From contig CAVXSR010000022.1 of NCBI GenBank assembly GCA_963764495.1, positions 171,501-235,500 of the forward strand: a stretch of DNA of 64,000 nucleotides. Reading direction: 5' to 3'. Of the stretch, positions 62,739 to 64,000 are shown one piece after another. This stretch comes from Vicinamibacteria bacterium (lineage in GTDB: Bacteria > Acidobacteriota > Vicinamibacteria > Vicinamibacterales > JAENWD01). A model generated the notes under the pieces. That model ran no database searches and was not told the DNA's origin. It saw only the letters and a list, made by a program, of their open reading frames with translations. The translations under genes and the position numbers were made by a program. Numbering within the stretch: position 1 is the first letter of the stretch; every line of letters starts with the position of its first letter.

Positions 62739-64000
62739 ATGGCGGACACCACCGGCCCCGAGCCGCTGGAGGTCCTGCGCCTCCGCAACGAGTTCCTCTC
62801 ATCGCCTTCCTTCGAATTCATGCTTCGGGAGCGGGTCAGCCGCCTCGCGAATTTCCGGCACGCGTACTACTCGCGTGTCCGGCGCGTCGATCGCCTGGAC
62901 AACGGCGGCACGCTAGGCATCGTCTCGGAAACGCCCCACGGCGCGCGGCTCTCCAGAATTCTCGAGGTCGCTAGCGCCTGCCGGATCGACCTCGACGTGA
63001 ACGCGGCGCTGTGCCTGGTCCGGCAGCTCGTGCCCGCGATCGCGATGCTGCACCAGAATGCCCGCGATGTCTCTCATGGCGCCCTGGCGCCCGAACGCAT
63101 CATCGTCACCAGCAACGCCCGCGTCGTCATCGTCGAGTACGTTCTGGGCGCGGCGATCGAGCAGCTCGCCTACAGCCGCGAACGGCTCTGGCGAGACCTG
63201 CGTGTGGCGGTGCCGTCGGGAGCTGGGGTTGCGCGTCTGAATCACCGCGCCGACGTGATGCAGGTCGGCATGGTCGCCCTCGCCCTGGTCCTCGGCCGGC
63301 CGCTTGGCGACGACGATCTGAAATCGCTGTCGTCCCTGCTGGGATCCGCCACGGAAAGTTCGGCGCTTGGCGGGCGGGAGCCGATCTCGGAACCTCTGCG
63401 CCGCTGGTTGTCGCGCGCCCTGCAGCTCGACTCGCGCAACTCATTCGAGTCTGCCCTCGAAGCGCAGCTCGCGCTGGACGATGTGTTGTCGGGCGAGGGC
63501 GGCTACATCGCCGCACCGATTGCCCTCGAGTCCTTCCTGGCGCGTTACGAGGAATGCGCCGCACAGGTCCCGGACGCGCAGGTCGCACTGGTCACACAGG
63601 TCGCGCAGGCTGAACAGGTCGCTCAGGTCACACAGGTCGAGCAGGTCGCGCGGGTGACACCGGATGCCGCTGACCTAGCCGAGGCAGAGTCTTTGGAAGC
63701 CGAGGCGGCGCGAGAGGAGGCGCTGCGAGAGGCCTTCAAGCCGCAGACAGCCATGCCCGAGGCGCCGGCTGGCGTCGCGCCGATCTGGCGGCTGGCCGCG
63801 ATCGGCCTCGCCCTCGCCACGCTCATTGAGACCGCGATCATCGTCTGGTCGTTCGGTGGCGCCGCGCTCTCTTCGCTGCCCGGCACGGTGGTGGTCGAAT
63901 CGAAGCCGTCGGGCGCGGAGGTGAAGATCGACGGGCAGGTGAAGGGGACGACGCCACTTTCGCTGAAGGTACCTGCAGGGGCGCATGTGATCGAACTTGC
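62739..64000 (+). CDS. kinase-like (predicted pseudokinase) protein with QV-rich linker, TM helix and PEGA domain; 3' end outside window
   Basis: Not in the ORF track because it is open at the window end. My translation from ATG 62739 has no stop to 64000. Kinase-fold C-lobe pattern (MLHQNARDVSHGALAPERIIV, ADVMQVGMVALALVLGRP). TM segment IWRLAAIGLALATLIETAIIVW. PEGA motif VESKPSGAEVKIDGQVKGTTPL. An upstream in-frame ATG at 62664 is an alternative start. Confidence 0.7.
   Translation, partial: MADTTGPEPLEVLRLRNEFLSSPSFEFMLRERVSRLANFRHAYYSRVRRVDRLDNGGTLGIVSETPHGARLSRILEVASACRIDLDVNAALCLVRQLVPAIAMLHQNARDVSHGALAPERIIVTSNARVVIVEYVLGAAIEQLAYSRERLWRDLRVAVPSGAGVARLNHRADVMQVGMVALALVLGRPLGDDDLKSLSSLLGSATESSALGGREPISEPLRRWLSRALQLDSRNSFESALEAQLALDDVLSGEGGYIAAPIALESFLARYEECAAQVPDAQVALVTQVAQAEQVAQVTQVEQVARVTPDAADLAEAESLEAEAAREEALREAFKPQTAMPEAPAGVAPIWRLAAIGLALATLIETAIIVWSFGGAALSSLPGTVVVESKPSGAEVKIDGQVKGTTPLSLKVPAGAHVIEL

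Overview
High-GC bacterial chromosomal window. The protein architectures suggest Acidobacteriota, but that is inference only. I found no rRNA, tRNA, CRISPR array, transposase or integrase. About 45 genes are mostly housekeeping or scavenging. They include a Tat-exported PaoABC-like molybdoenzyme, a histidine kinase/OmpR pair, an ABC exporter, malQ, two aminotransferases, Ser/Thr kinases, and an unusually large set of peptidases (S9B, M36, M20, S15, S9A, M49, M28, DUF1028). Three things stand out. (1) A family of short REP/REPIN-like hairpins has covarying stems, with roughly 29 units at 17 loci. Its conserved outer flank (CAGTAGGGCC or TACGTAGGCCC) repeatedly supplies the stop codon of adjacent genes, and several gene fragments end at these repeats. 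(2) The density of frame-disrupted or truncated genes is very high, at least 15. The sites are clustered, and multi-hit genes always return to the original frame. This means either real gene decay or assembly/consensus indels. (3) An accessory stretch at 28.5-36 kb carries a PIN toxin remnant, a coiled-coil protein built from five tandem 33-nt repeats, an intact WYL-domain regulator, a truncated IPVSCVExGRW-family gene, a broken MBL hydrolase, and an intact 1137-aa nuclease / RNase H-like / SF1 helicase fusion with an Nhi-like architecture. This stretch is the best candidate for a defence or DNA-damage module. All family assignments come from motifs I read in the translations. No searches were run.
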